Positions 1 through 7,888 of a stretch of DNA of 64,000 bases are shown piece after piece (position 1 is the stretch's first letter; the number at the start of each line of letters is the position of its first letter). The translations under genes and the position numbers were made by a program. The notes beneath the pieces were generated by a model that was not told the DNA's origin, searched no databases, and was given only the letters and a program-made list of their open reading frames with translations. Source of the stretch: a virus; the IMG/VR virus record IMGVR_UViG_3300036770_003984, positions 64,542 through 128,541 of that record; one strand, written 5' to 3'.

Positions 1-369
1 AGGAATAACATTCATATCCTTACCAGTTTTACAAGAAAAAACAATAGTAAATTTATTTTTACTATGTATATCACCAGTAAGAGTAACACTATTTACAAAA
101 TTTGTTACATTTCTTCTAATATCACGACCAAGTCTAGTATTGAATCCCTCTATAGTTTCAACATCAAATTTAGCAATACCCATTAACGGATTTTCATCAA
201 TTTTTTTAATTCTAGCATACCCTAATAATTTATTTCCACCAATACCTTGGTATACCTCAACCCTATCATTTATTTGTGGAGGGTTAGTATTTTCTTTCAA
301 TAAATTACGTAATTCCAATCTTTGATTTGCTTCTTGGATATGTCTTATTTTACTATAACTTCTATTCAT
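1..369 (-). CDS. partial CDS running off the window edge, leader MNRSYSKIRHIQEANQRLE
   Basis: Open frame from ATG at 369 to the edge (translated by hand, absent from ORF track); ATATTTAT motif upstream. Confidence 0.75.
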   Translation of the reverse strand, partial: MNRSYSKIRHIQEANQRLELRNLLKENTNPPQINDRVEVYQGIGGNKLLGYARIKKIDENPLMGIAKFDVETIEGFNTRLGRDIRRNVTNFVNSVTLTGDIHSKNKFTIVFSCKTGKDMNVIP

Positions 370-412
370 AAACTTTTTTTTAAATAAATATCACATTATG
401 AATTAAAATTTA

Positions 413-718
413 TCAAATTTTCTTTCTAACAAATTCTCCCAAGTCATAATCATTTGGATGATTCAAAATTTCTTTTTTGGTTACACAAATAATATCATTA
501 TTCAAAGGTAAATCTTCAGCATTCATATTATACATATCCAATATTTCAATCGGTGATAATACCCTATGTGTAAAATCTCCAGAATCACCCCACTCTGATA
601 TAACGTGATATTTTTCTTTCCAACCAGATTTTATAAATGTAACACAAAAAGGTTCATTATTTCCGTGTGGGAAATAATATGTTATATTCAATCCTTTTTT
701 AATAATTTTTGGTTCCAT
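413..718 (-). CDS. hypothetical protein
   Basis: 101 aa ORF on the strand of the block. Confidence 0.65.
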   Translation of the reverse strand: MEPKIIKKGLNITYYFPHGNNEPFCVTFIKSGWKEKYHVISEWGDSGDFTHRVLSPIEILDMYNMNAEDLPLNNDIICVTKKEILNHPNDYDLGEFVRKKI

Positions 719-725
719 AATATAT

Positions 726-974
726 TCAATTTTTATTACAATCTTTTATCCCATCTTTATAACCTTGCAAATAAATTGAATCCACATTAATTACCTTGTT
801 TGATTTAATCTCAATTGGTTTTGGGTATTGTTTTGGGACAATCATAAAACCAAGAATAAATAATATAAACCCAACAATAAATAAATAAAAACCTCGATTA
901 TCTATAAAAGAGAAAGAAGAAAAACAAGCAAATAATCCAATAACCATAAAAATTGAACCAAATAATAAATCCAT
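726..974 (-). CDS. small membrane protein (2 TM)
   Basis: Two hydrophobic N-terminal segments. Confidence 0.65.
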   Translation of the reverse strand: MDLLFGSIFMVIGLFACFSSFSFIDNRGFYLFIVGFILFILGFMIVPKQYPKPIEIKSNKVINVDSIYLQGYKDGIKDCNKN

Positions 975-998
975 AATTTCTTTTTTTTAAAATGTTAG

Positions 999-1025
999 TA
1001 CCCAAGGTGGGACTCGAACCCACAC
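999..1025 (-). pseudogene. orphan 3' half of a Leu-type tRNA (T-arm plus acceptor 3' strand)
   Basis: GTGTGGGTTCGAGTCCCACCTTGGGTA, close to the 3' half of tRNA-Leu(TAA) at 7889; no 5' half, HNH gene lies upstream. Confidence 0.75.
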
Positions 1026-1042
1026 AAATATTTTAATAAATT

Positions 1043-1723
1043 TTATTCAAAAGTTGTTAACCATTTTCTTATTGTGTTATCACTCACACCATATTTTCTT
1101 CCAGTACCTGAATACCCCAACTCAGTAACTTCACTCAATAATTGATTAAATGGAGGGCGATTTACTTTTCTGTTTTTAATACTCCAACACTTTTCACACA
1201 TTTTTGACTTCAAATTAATTTCCTTTCCACAATCACAAGTCTTTTCTACTTTTATTTTTTCAGTTTTAATTTTACTTTTTAATTTATTTGATTTCTTAAT
1301 ATTTGAATAATTATGTTCTTGCATATGACAATTAGAACACAAAATCCTCAAGTTATCTAACTTATTATTAAATCTGTTTCCATCAATATGGTGAAGTTCT
1401 AATGGTATAGGTTTTCCCATCCATTCATCCAACTTACAACATTCACATTTTTTTTCCTTTATTCCATCATTAATCAATAAATTTCTCAATTTGGACGTAA
1501 CCACAACATCTTTCTTTATATAATCCAATACATTAGATTTTCTATTTGATGTTTTTTTACCTTTTAGTCCTTGATTACCATTATACGTTATCCCAAGTTT
1601 TTTCAAATATGAATTTAAAGTTTCAGGTTTACACTCTAAAAATTTACAAATATTTGATTTAGATTCATTATTCTTAATCATAGAAAGGATTATTTCCTTT
1701 TTTTCTATTATGTCATTTCTCAT
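1043..1723 (-). CDS. HNH homing endonuclease
   Basis: CECC...LELHHIDGNRFNN...LCSNCH motif; HTH-like ends. Confidence 0.9.
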   Translation of the reverse strand: MRNDIIEKKEIILSMIKNNESKSNICKFLECKPETLNSYLKKLGITYNGNQGLKGKKTSNRKSNVLDYIKKDVVVTSKLRNLLINDGIKEKKCECCKLDEWMGKPIPLELHHIDGNRFNNKLDNLRILCSNCHMQEHNYSNIKKSNKLKSKIKTEKIKVEKTCDCGKEINLKSKMCEKCWSIKNRKVNRPPFNQLLSEVTELGYSGTGRKYGVSDNTIRKWLTTFE

Positions 1724-1790
1724 AGTAATATTTATTATATAAATATATTATACACTATGAAAAGTATAATAGTAAGTATACTATTTTTTG

Positions 1791-1874
1791 TACCTAAGAA
1801 GAGATTCGAACTCTTACTCCTTTAAACGGAATTTGGGTCTAAGCCAAACGTGTCTACCATTCCACCACTCAGGT
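1791..1874 (-). tRNA. tRNA-Leu(TAG)
   Basis: ACCTGAG/CTTAGGT acceptor, TTTGG-CTTAGAC-CCAAA anticodon arm, long V arm, GTTCGAATC. Confidence 0.93.
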
Positions 1875-2008
1875 AATTTTTTAAAGGTTAAATCCAAATT
1901 TAATTAGATAAACCAATCCCAATACAATAAGAGCAAGCATTGCACCAGAGAACATAACCATTGCAAATTCTTTTTGTGCGTTTGTTTTACCTTGATTTTC
2001 GTTTTTCA

Positions 2009-2269
2009 TTATAAAAATTTTTTGTAATCTATAAAATGTTTATTTACCCACATATTACCTGTTATTTGAGTTGTATGTTCTTTTTTACTTTTCTCAAAAA
2101 CATCAACCATAGTTTTTCTTTCATTGTCAAGTTCGTCCCAAAGATAAGAAATAACTATGTTTAATTTTCTTTTTTCCTCTGTATTATGTTTAGCTTCTCT
2201 AGTAAGTTTTTCAACTTTATCTATAACGTTTTGAAGAGGTGTTTTATTTTGTGTTAATTTAGAATTCAT
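2009..2269 (-). CDS. hypothetical protein
   Basis: 86 aa ORF. Confidence 0.6.
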   Translation of the reverse strand: MNSKLTQNKTPLQNVIDKVEKLTREAKHNTEEKRKLNIVISYLWDELDNERKTMVDVFEKSKKEHTTQITGNMWVNKHFIDYKKFL

Positions 2270-2486
2270 ATCTTAATAATGATTTATTTAGTTTATATCA
2301 AGTTCAAGCTGACTCTCACTAAATATATGCAACATACCATTATTTATTAATTCTGCCACAATTCTTGTTTCACCAGATGTGGTTTGGAATACCGCAACAA
2401 CAATACCTGGGAATTTGTAACCTTTCGGTTTGTAAACTTTGTCTCCTACTTTAAATTTCATAATTTTTTTTAAATAATATAATGAT

Positions 2487-2870
2487 TTATTTGTAAGATG
2501 AAAAATATTTTTCAGTGTAATGTTTTAGAATACTATCACTATTGGTGTATTTGGTATTAATTGTATTACTGAAGAAAAAACTATTATCATCCAATATAAG
2601 CAAGTATTCGTCTCTAATGGACTCAAAATTTGTTAATCCATCTGTGTTGAATTGATTAACACGACTTTTAAAATTTTCCAATTTTTCTTTAATACAATTT
2701 AAATCAATATTTGGAAAAAGATATGTTAATCGTGTCAATAAATTTGGATAGATGAATTGTAGTTTTGAATCTTCTTTAAGAAAGATTAAAATACCAACAT
2801 TTACTTGTTCATCCAATACCACTGAAGGTCGGAATTTTAATAAACTATATTCTGCGTTTTTGAAAGCCGT
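2487..2870 (-). CDS. DUF3037-like protein, possible ACG start or decayed start
   Basis: Frame extends upstream of the GTG to give YSLLKFRPSVVLDEQVNVG, resembling the DUF3037 N-terminal motif; in-frame ACG at 2870, stop two codons further up. Confidence 0.6.
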   Translation of the reverse strand, partial: TAFKNAEYSLLKFRPSVVLDEQVNVGILIFLKEDSKLQFIYPNLLTRLTYLFPNIDLNCIKEKLENFKSRVNQFNTDGLTNFESIRDEYLLILDDNSFFFSNTINTKYTNSDSILKHYTEKYFSSYK

Positions 2871-2923
2871 TAGATTTTAAGTTATCAATTTACATAGAAC
2901 TCTTGTACTTCTTTAAAATTTAG

Positions 2924-2996
2924 TACACCCAACAGGATTCGAACCTGTAACCTATTGCTTAGAAGGCAATTGCTCTTCCAGTTGAGCTATGGGTGC
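2924..2996 (-). tRNA. tRNA-Arg(TCT)
   Basis: ATTGC-CTTCTAA-GCAAT arm, canonical cloverleaf. Confidence 0.95.
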
Positions 2997-3118
2997 GAAT
3001 ATTCCGCCACTTGACCATATTAATTAAAACATCTTGTTTAGGGTAGGTGGGTGCACGTCACCTTTAATCTAAACCTCTTTGCCATCATTTTCTTTACGAG
3101 TTGATGTTTTAAATATTG

Positions 3119-3265
3119 TAGTCCTAATAGGATTTGAACCTATACGTAGATTTTGTATGTGCTTTTATCTTTGAAATCATCTACTAATTCCCGTTAATAG
3201 CGTTACACGAACCTAACAGAGCCATACACATACTCTCACAGCGTCTTCCATTCCGCCACAGGACT
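3119..3265 (-). ncRNA. tRNA-Leu-framed RNA with long insert (E1, 147 nt)
   Basis: AGTCCTG/TAGGACT acceptor, TGGCGGAATGGAAGACGC D-arm, ATAGGTTCAAATCCTAT T-arm; no 7-nt anticodon loop; insert stem GTATGTG/CACATAC. Confidence 0.85.
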
Positions 3266-3276
3266 TTGTTAAGTCA

Positions 3277-3564
3277 TTACCAACTATTCACAAATCGAAT
3301 TTTATGTACTCCATCAGGTATTTCAGAAACAATAATCTCAAAACCTTCTACTTCATCTCCAAAATATTCGTGTTTTGGTATATTAATCTCCAATTTTTCT
3401 TCTAATAGATACCTTCCTGGATATCTACTACCAAAATATTCTGCAGTTTCTTTTGGAAGCTCTTGTATTTCCGCTTCAATACAAGCAATTACAACTTTAG
3501 CGTGTTTCTTATAATTTTCATTTTCAGGTGAAACAAAACCTATAATATGTGTTGACATTCCCAT
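3277..3564 (-). CDS. hypothetical protein
   Basis: 95 aa ORF between E1 and E2. Confidence 0.7.
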   Translation of the reverse strand: MGMSTHIIGFVSPENENYKKHAKVVIACIEAEIQELPKETAEYFGSRYPGRYLLEEKLEINIPKHEYFGDEVEGFEIIVSEIPDGVHKIRFVNSW

Positions 3565-3588
3565 TTTATTATATTTTTTAATTTTTAG

Positions 3589-3734
3589 TAGTCCTGACAG
3601 GAATCGAACCTGTATTTACAACAACACCAATCTGACACATCCGTACCAGTAGAGGAATCGAACCTCAATATATTGTAACCCCCTTTGGGCTAATGGGATT
3701 TGCACCCAAACGTCTTCCATTCCGCCACAGGACT
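3589..3734 (-). ncRNA. tRNA-Leu-framed RNA with long insert (E2, 146 nt)
   Basis: Same frame; insert holds extra T-loop-like hairpins GAGGTTCGATTCCTC and GGGTGCAAATCCC. Confidence 0.85.
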
Positions 3735-3739
3735 AAATT

Positions 3740-4012
3740 TTAATTTAAACTATCTAATTCCATACAATATCTTATGAATCTTTGTTCACCATCTTCAGTC
3801 TTATATTTGTATTCACCTTCATAAGGTGTATAATAACCTCTGTCATCAAATGGTTCAAAACCTATATACTCAACACTTTCATCAAATATAGGACCTTCAA
3901 CACCCATATATTGATTCAAAAGTAATTCAGCTTTTTCAATAGTACTTGCAGTTAGAATAGGAAGTCTATCGTTGCTATCTAAGATTATATAAATAAGTGC
4001 CATAATATTCAA
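3740..4012 (-). CDS. hypothetical protein
   Basis: 90 aa ORF. Confidence 0.65.
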   Translation of the reverse strand: MNIMALIYIILDSNDRLPILTASTIEKAELLLNQYMGVEGPIFDESVEYIGFEPFDDRGYYTPYEGEYKYKTEDGEQRFIRYCMELDSLN

Positions 4013-4168
4013 AGTTTTAAAAGTTTTAAAAGTTTTCGGTTTTTCTATTCCAAACCTTAAAGTCAGGTAACATTCTAAGTGTCAACCACTACTTGTGAAT
4101 TATTAGGTGTCACAACCAATTTATTAACAATTAAAAAGAAGATAAAGTTCAAAATAAGACCTTCATTT

Positions 4169-4387
4169 TTAGAAATATTTTCTTGACGCGTCTTCAATTG
4201 TTCCATATTCACCCCCAACACCATTTATAAATTTAAATCCTTTATAAACATTTGACTTAAGAAGAATATGTTCTAACATACCACACATAACATACTTTTC
4301 AGCTGCATTGTGATAATCTGAAGCCAACATTTCATTTACATAAGTTTTATATTCTTCAATATTAAATGTTTTTTTCTCTTTAGCCAT
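4169..4387 (-). CDS. hypothetical protein
   Basis: 72 aa ORF, TATCTTTG -7-type box upstream. Confidence 0.7.
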   Translation of the reverse strand: MAKEKKTFNIEEYKTYVNEMLASDYHNAAEKYVMCGMLEHILLKSNVYKGFKFINGVGGEYGTIEDASRKYF

Positions 4388-4478
4388 TGTGATTATGTGT
4401 TTCAGTGATTAATAAGACAAAGATAGTTGTTCTTCCTGAATTATTCACTTTTTCCTATGTTTTTTTTTTAAAATTTTG

Positions 4479-4695
4479 GGGTATCTTCCAAGTTAGCTAC
4501 ACTTTTTCAACACCCCCTCATCCTGTAGAAATGGACTAGTGTTTTTTGCCTTTTGTAGAAAATGCGAGTGACTATCTCGTGTAAACTGCCAACGTCTGGT
4601 CTTGGCAACCCTGGTTATAGTGACATATTAACCATAATACGTGGTTGTGTTAACATATTAACCAAATACGGCAGTTGAGGGCTAGCTGACCACCC
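4479..4695 (-). ncRNA. candidate structured ncRNA (~215 nt)
   Basis: GC-rich intergenic; nested stems CCCTCA/TGAGGG, AACTGCC/GGCAGTT, CGAG/CTCG; strand inferred from context. Confidence 0.5.
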
Positions 4696-4721
4696 AATCT
4701 ATCTACATCAATTGGGATTTT

Positions 4722-4796
4722 TGGAGCTGGTATGAGGAATCGAACCCCATTATCTTGATTACAAGTCAAGTGCATCACCACTTATGCTTTACCAGC
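4722..4796 (-). tRNA. tRNA-Thr(TGT)
   Basis: CTTGA-CTTGTAA-TCAAG arm; encoded CCA. Confidence 0.95.
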
Positions 4797-4803
4797 CAAT
4801 GTA

Positions 4804-5055
4804 TTATCTTCTTTTATAAACGTAGGTTATTGTATCCCCTATTTTATATACATCACTTCTTCTTGTCATTATCAATTCATCACAATCGGTTTTATAATTA
4901 TATCTCTTACCAAATTCAATTGTGGATGGAGATTCTGTTATATACATCGTATCAATCACACACTTCTTAACAATATCACCAGGTTCTATTGTGGGGTGTT
5001 TGTTACAGGATACAAAGATAGTGATTAAAGTTGAAAACCAAAATATTTTTTTCAT
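4804..5055 (-). CDS. putative lipoprotein
   Basis: MKKIFWFSTLITIFVSC lipobox-like signal. Confidence 0.65.
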   Translation of the reverse strand: MKKIFWFSTLITIFVSCNKHPTIEPGDIVKKCVIDTMYITESPSTIEFGKRYNYKTDCDELIMTRRSDVYKIGDTITYVYKRR

Positions 5056-5657
5056 TTTTCCATATGTTTTATAACCCAATTAGCAAATTTTCTATGACCA
5101 CTCGCAGCAAAATGAATTCCATCACCAGTATCACTATAAAACATTGTAGTGTCCATTGGAATTATCTTACAATTTTTTAAACCAGTTTTCTCGTGAACCA
5201 TCAACTTTTGAAACTCAATGTATCTTCCAACACATCTCTTGGTTGTTTCCGCGTCATAGACAGTCTTTGTTGTTACTTGAGCTGGATTAAAACCAACAAT
5301 TACAATTGGTTCAATTCCTCTTCTATTACAACTATCAACCATCATTTGAATGTTATTAACAGCACCTTGGAGATTTACATAAGAGAAAGCATCATTACAT
5401 CCACCATAGATAAAAACACTTGAAAAAGCTGAATCGTTTTTAAAACAAGCGTTTAGGGTTGTCCTCATATAATCCGTTCTAACACCACCTTTTGATAGAT
5501 TCACCCTTTGATATCCAAAATGTTTTGAAACTTGATCCTGCCATCCACCAGTCGCACAGGTTAAACTATCACCGATAAATAATACCCTACGTGGGGGTGT
5601 ATATGACCAAGATGTCAATAATACAAATAATACTAAAAATACTAAAAATTTTTTCAT
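5052..5657 (-). CDS. exported SGNH/GDSL hydrolase
   Basis: Signal peptide; FIGDSL, GG.ND and DGIH blocks. Confidence 0.88.
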   Translation of the reverse strand: MKKFLVFLVLFVLLTSWSYTPPRRVLFIGDSLTCATGGWQDQVSKHFGYQRVNLSKGGVRTDYMRTTLNACFKNDSAFSSVFIYGGCNDAFSYVNLQGAVNNIQMMVDSCNRRGIEPIVIVGFNPAQVTTKTVYDAETTKRCVGRYIEFQKLMVHEKTGLKNCKIIPMDTTMFYSDTGDGIHFAASGHRKFANWVIKHMEK

Positions 5658-5688
5658 AAATTAAATTTAAAAAATGTTTATTGTTTAG

Positions 5689-5762
5689 TGGAGGATGTCG
5701 GCTTTGCTCCGACCACCTCTTGTGTGCAAAACAAGTGCTCTTGCTGAATGAGCTAATCCCCC
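5689..5762 (-). tRNA. tRNA-Ala(TGC), atypical T-loop
   Basis: G3:U70 in GGGGGAT/ATCCTCC, CTTGT-TTTGCAC-ACAAG arm; T-loop reads AGCAAAG. Confidence 0.85.
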
Positions 5763-5835
5763 TTTTTGTATTATGTAATCGTGCTTAAATTTTAGACGTA
5801 AGGAAGCTATACACCAACCGACTTACTTTCTCCTA

Positions 5836-6048
5836 TTACATAATTTTTCTCCATAAACCACCAGCCAAACATTTGAAATCATCAAAACTTGTTACTCTGA
5901 TTGGATTTTCTTCATATTGCCATATTTTGCAGGTTATATGAATTTCACCACTTCTAAAGTCTTTTTTTAAGAAGGTATATAAACCATCACGAGACTTAAT
6001 ATGGATTTTATCCCCAGTTCTAAGATTTCTAAATTCAGACTGATTCAT
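5836..6048 (-). CDS. hypothetical protein
   Basis: 70 aa ORF between tRNAs. Confidence 0.6.
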   Translation of the reverse strand: MNQSEFRNLRTGDKIHIKSRDGLYTFLKKDFRSGEIHITCKIWQYEENPIRVTSFDDFKCLAGGLWRKIM

Positions 6049-6064
6049 AATGAATTTTTAAATT

Positions 6065-6139
6065 TGGAGCAGTAAGCGAGACTCGAACTCGCAACATCTT
6101 GTTTGGAAGACAAGAACTCTACCATTGAGCTATTACTGC
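6065..6139 (-). tRNA. tRNA-Gly(TCC)
   Basis: CTTGT-CTTCCAA-ACAAG arm; encoded CCA. Confidence 0.95.
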
Positions 6140-6174
6140 AAATTAGAAATGAAAGTCCTTCCATAAGTATTATA

Positions 6175-6340
6175 TGGGCAAGAGTTTTACGATGGTTTGT
6201 TCCCCATAGCCTGATACCGTGCACAGTAGAGCAGGGTCTCCTACATAACAACTTGGGTCATTATTACTCTCGATTTAGGTTGCGATCCTCTGAGAGCCAA
6301 GTTCTCTTTCAATGGTGCTAATCCATCCTATGTAAGGTTT
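6175..6340 (-). ncRNA. candidate multi-stem ncRNA
   Basis: CTTACATA/TATGTAGG, AACTTGG/CCAAGTT, CTCTC/GAGAG stems between tRNA-Tyr and tRNA-Gly. Confidence 0.5.
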
Positions 6341-6351
6341 CATTTCTTTTG

Positions 6352-6437
6352 TGGGTGCCGAGGGATTCGAACCCCCAAGTTTAGCATGTAGCAACTGATT
6401 TACAGTCAGCATCCTTCACCAATTTGGATAGACACCC
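6352..6437 (-). tRNA. tRNA-Tyr(GTA)
   Basis: GCTGA-CTGTAAA-TCAGT arm, long V arm. Confidence 0.93.
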
Positions 6438-6451
6438 TTTTTAATAATTTG

Positions 6452-6537
6452 ACGCAAGGTCCAGATTCGAACTGGAGTTCCACTTTCGCAGAAGAGGCTT
6501 ATGAGACCCCTGACATTGACCACTCGTCCACCTTGCG
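6452..6537 (-). tRNA. tRNA(CAT), Met or Ile2, with long variable arm
   Basis: GGGGT-CTCATAA-GCCTC arm; CGCAAGG/CCTTGCG acceptor; V region TTCTGCGAAAGTGGAA. Confidence 0.85.
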
Positions 6538-6546
6538 TGATGTTTG

Positions 6547-6679
6547 TTGATTAAAAAGGATTCGAACCTTAATCCACAGTCCCTTGCTTCTATCGTTGCC
6601 AGCTATTGTCTCCTATTAGGGATATCGTTGCCAGCTATTGTCGACATGGAGTACCGAGTGCTACCATACACCATAATCA
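6547..6679 (-). ncRNA. tRNA-like RNA (Gln/His-type D-arm) with insert containing a 20-bp direct repeat
   Basis: TGATTA/TAATCA acceptor, GGTGTATGGTAGCAC D-arm, AAGGTTCGAATCCTT T-arm; TATCGTTGCCAGCTATTGTC at 6591-6610 and 6623-6642. Confidence 0.65.
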
Positions 6680-6731
6680 TTTCCGAGAGTTTCGAACCTC
6701 TCAGCCCCAGATTAATTACTTCTGAGATTTG

Positions 6732-6804
6732 TACACCATACGGGATTCGAACCCGTGACTCCTCCGTGAAAGGGAGGTGACTTATACCCCTTGTCGAATG
6801 GTGC
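6732..6804 (-). tRNA. tRNA-Glu(TTC)
   Basis: CCTCC-CTTTCAC-GGAGG arm. Confidence 0.95.
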
Positions 6805-6818
6805 GTTTTTAAAAATTT

Positions 6819-6923
6819 GAGGATGAGAAATCCTCTGTGTTGTAGTGTACGATTATGTTACTATTCCATAATTCAAGTAATGTCACTCATCTTTATATTT
6901 CCTTTCTCAAGGGAACAACACAT
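6819..6923 (-). ncRNA. candidate structured ncRNA (~105 nt), duplicated at 7390-7494
   Basis: TGTGTTGT/ACAACACA closing stem, CCTT-GAGA-AAGG GNRA hairpin, terminal GAGGA/TCCTC hairpin. Confidence 0.55.
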
Positions 6924-6926
6924 TTG

Positions 6927-7033
6927 TAGTCCTGACAGGAGTCGAACCTGTATGATGAGTAGTAATGTTATTTAAGTGACAAGGTACTTACTCATCTATT
7001 CACTTCTAGCGTCTTCCATTCCGCCACAAGACT
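6927..7033 (-). ncRNA. tRNA-Leu-framed RNA with insert (E3a, 107 nt)
   Basis: AGTCTTG/CAGGACT frame; insert with crossing stems GATGAGTA/TACTCATC and AAGTGA/TCACTT. Confidence 0.85.
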
Positions 7034-7042
7034 ATTGTCTCA

Positions 7043-7074
7043 CAAAATTACGATTTGATTTTCTTAATTCCAAA
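7043..7074 (-). promoter_or_regulatory. Bacteroidota-type sigma70 promoter upstream of E3a
   Basis: TTTG (7074-7071), 20-nt spacer, TAATTTTG (7050-7043); copies before E3b, E9 (16329-16360) and near 17430-17463. Confidence 0.75.
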
Positions 7075-7096
7075 TCTTTTTTAAACTTTTTTTTTG

Positions 7097-7189
7097 TAGT
7101 CAGGATAGGATTCGAACCTATAACAGATTTGGTACTAATTTAATAGTTTGTAAAACCTCCCCCGTTTTCACCAGTTAAACTACCTAACT
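7097..7189 (-). ncRNA. tRNA-like RNA with non-canonical anticodon region (93 nt)
   Basis: AGTTAGG/CCTGACT acceptor, TAGTTTAACTGGTGAAAAC D-arm, ATAGGTTCGAATCCTAT T-arm; no paired anticodon stem. Confidence 0.7.
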
Positions 7190-7300
7190 ATAATTTAAAC
7201 CTTTTTACCTTTCATTTAGTTCCAAGAACTAAAACTTTTTTTTAATAATCGGGCTACCCTCCTTTCGTCACAATCGCCCGACCATTGTGATTTCAGATTG

Positions 7301-7377
7301 TAGTCCTGACAGGATTCGAACCTGTAAACTTCCCCTTCACTTAAGGAGGGGTCACGTGTGCCTTCCGCCACAAGACT
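7301..7377 (-). ncRNA. tRNA-Leu-framed RNA, shortest member (E5, 77 nt)
   Basis: AGTCTTG/CAGGACT frame; middle CCCCTCCTTAAGTGAAGGGG lacks a canonical anticodon loop. Confidence 0.75.
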
Positions 7378-7378
7378 A

Positions 7379-7672
7379 TTTAAAAATTTGAGGATGAGAA
7401 ATCCTCTGTGTTGTAGTGTACGATTATGTTACTATTCCATAATTCAAGTAATGTCACTCATCTTTATATTTCCTTTCTCAAGGGAACAACACATTTGTAG
7501 TCCTGACAGGAGTCGAACCTGTATGATGAGTAGTAATGTTATTTAAGTGACAAGGTACTTACTCATCTATTCACTTCTAGCGTCTTCCATTCCGCCACAA
7601 GACTATTGTCTCACAAAATTACGATTTGTTTTTCTTAATTCCAAATCTTTTTTAAACTTTTTTTTTGTAGTC
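7379..7672. repeat. 294-bp direct repeat, copy 2
   Basis: See copy 1. Confidence 0.95.
7498..7604 (-). ncRNA. tRNA-Leu-framed RNA (E3b, identical to E3a)
   Basis: Inside repeat copy 2. Confidence 0.85.
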
Positions 7673-7683
7673 CCAACAAGATT

Positions 7684-7872
7684 CTAATGTAGAATCCATA
7701 CAGAAGTTAATACACCTGCAATAACCATAACTAATGTTGCTATCCAACAAGTGTTTGAAATCTTGTACCATAAATCACTTCTTTTAGTATCGCTATTCAT
7801 AAGCGACCCAGTAACTCCAGCAACTATGATTGTGATAAGAAGTAGTGTAAAGTAAATTTTAAAATATATCAT
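7684..7872 (-). CDS. small membrane protein
   Basis: 62 aa, two hydrophobic segments; stop abuts a decayed tRNA 3' half at 7668-7690. Confidence 0.6.
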   Translation of the reverse strand: MIYFKIYFTLLLITIIVAGVTGSLMNSDTKRSDLWYKISNTCWIATLVMVIAGVLTSVWILH

Positions 7873-7888
7873 GTTTTTTATTTTTTTG

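Larger units (their letters stand above)
6808..7101. repeat. 294-bp direct repeat, copy 1
   Basis: Matches 7379-7672 (offset 571) with one mismatch seen (7058/7629). Confidence 0.95.
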
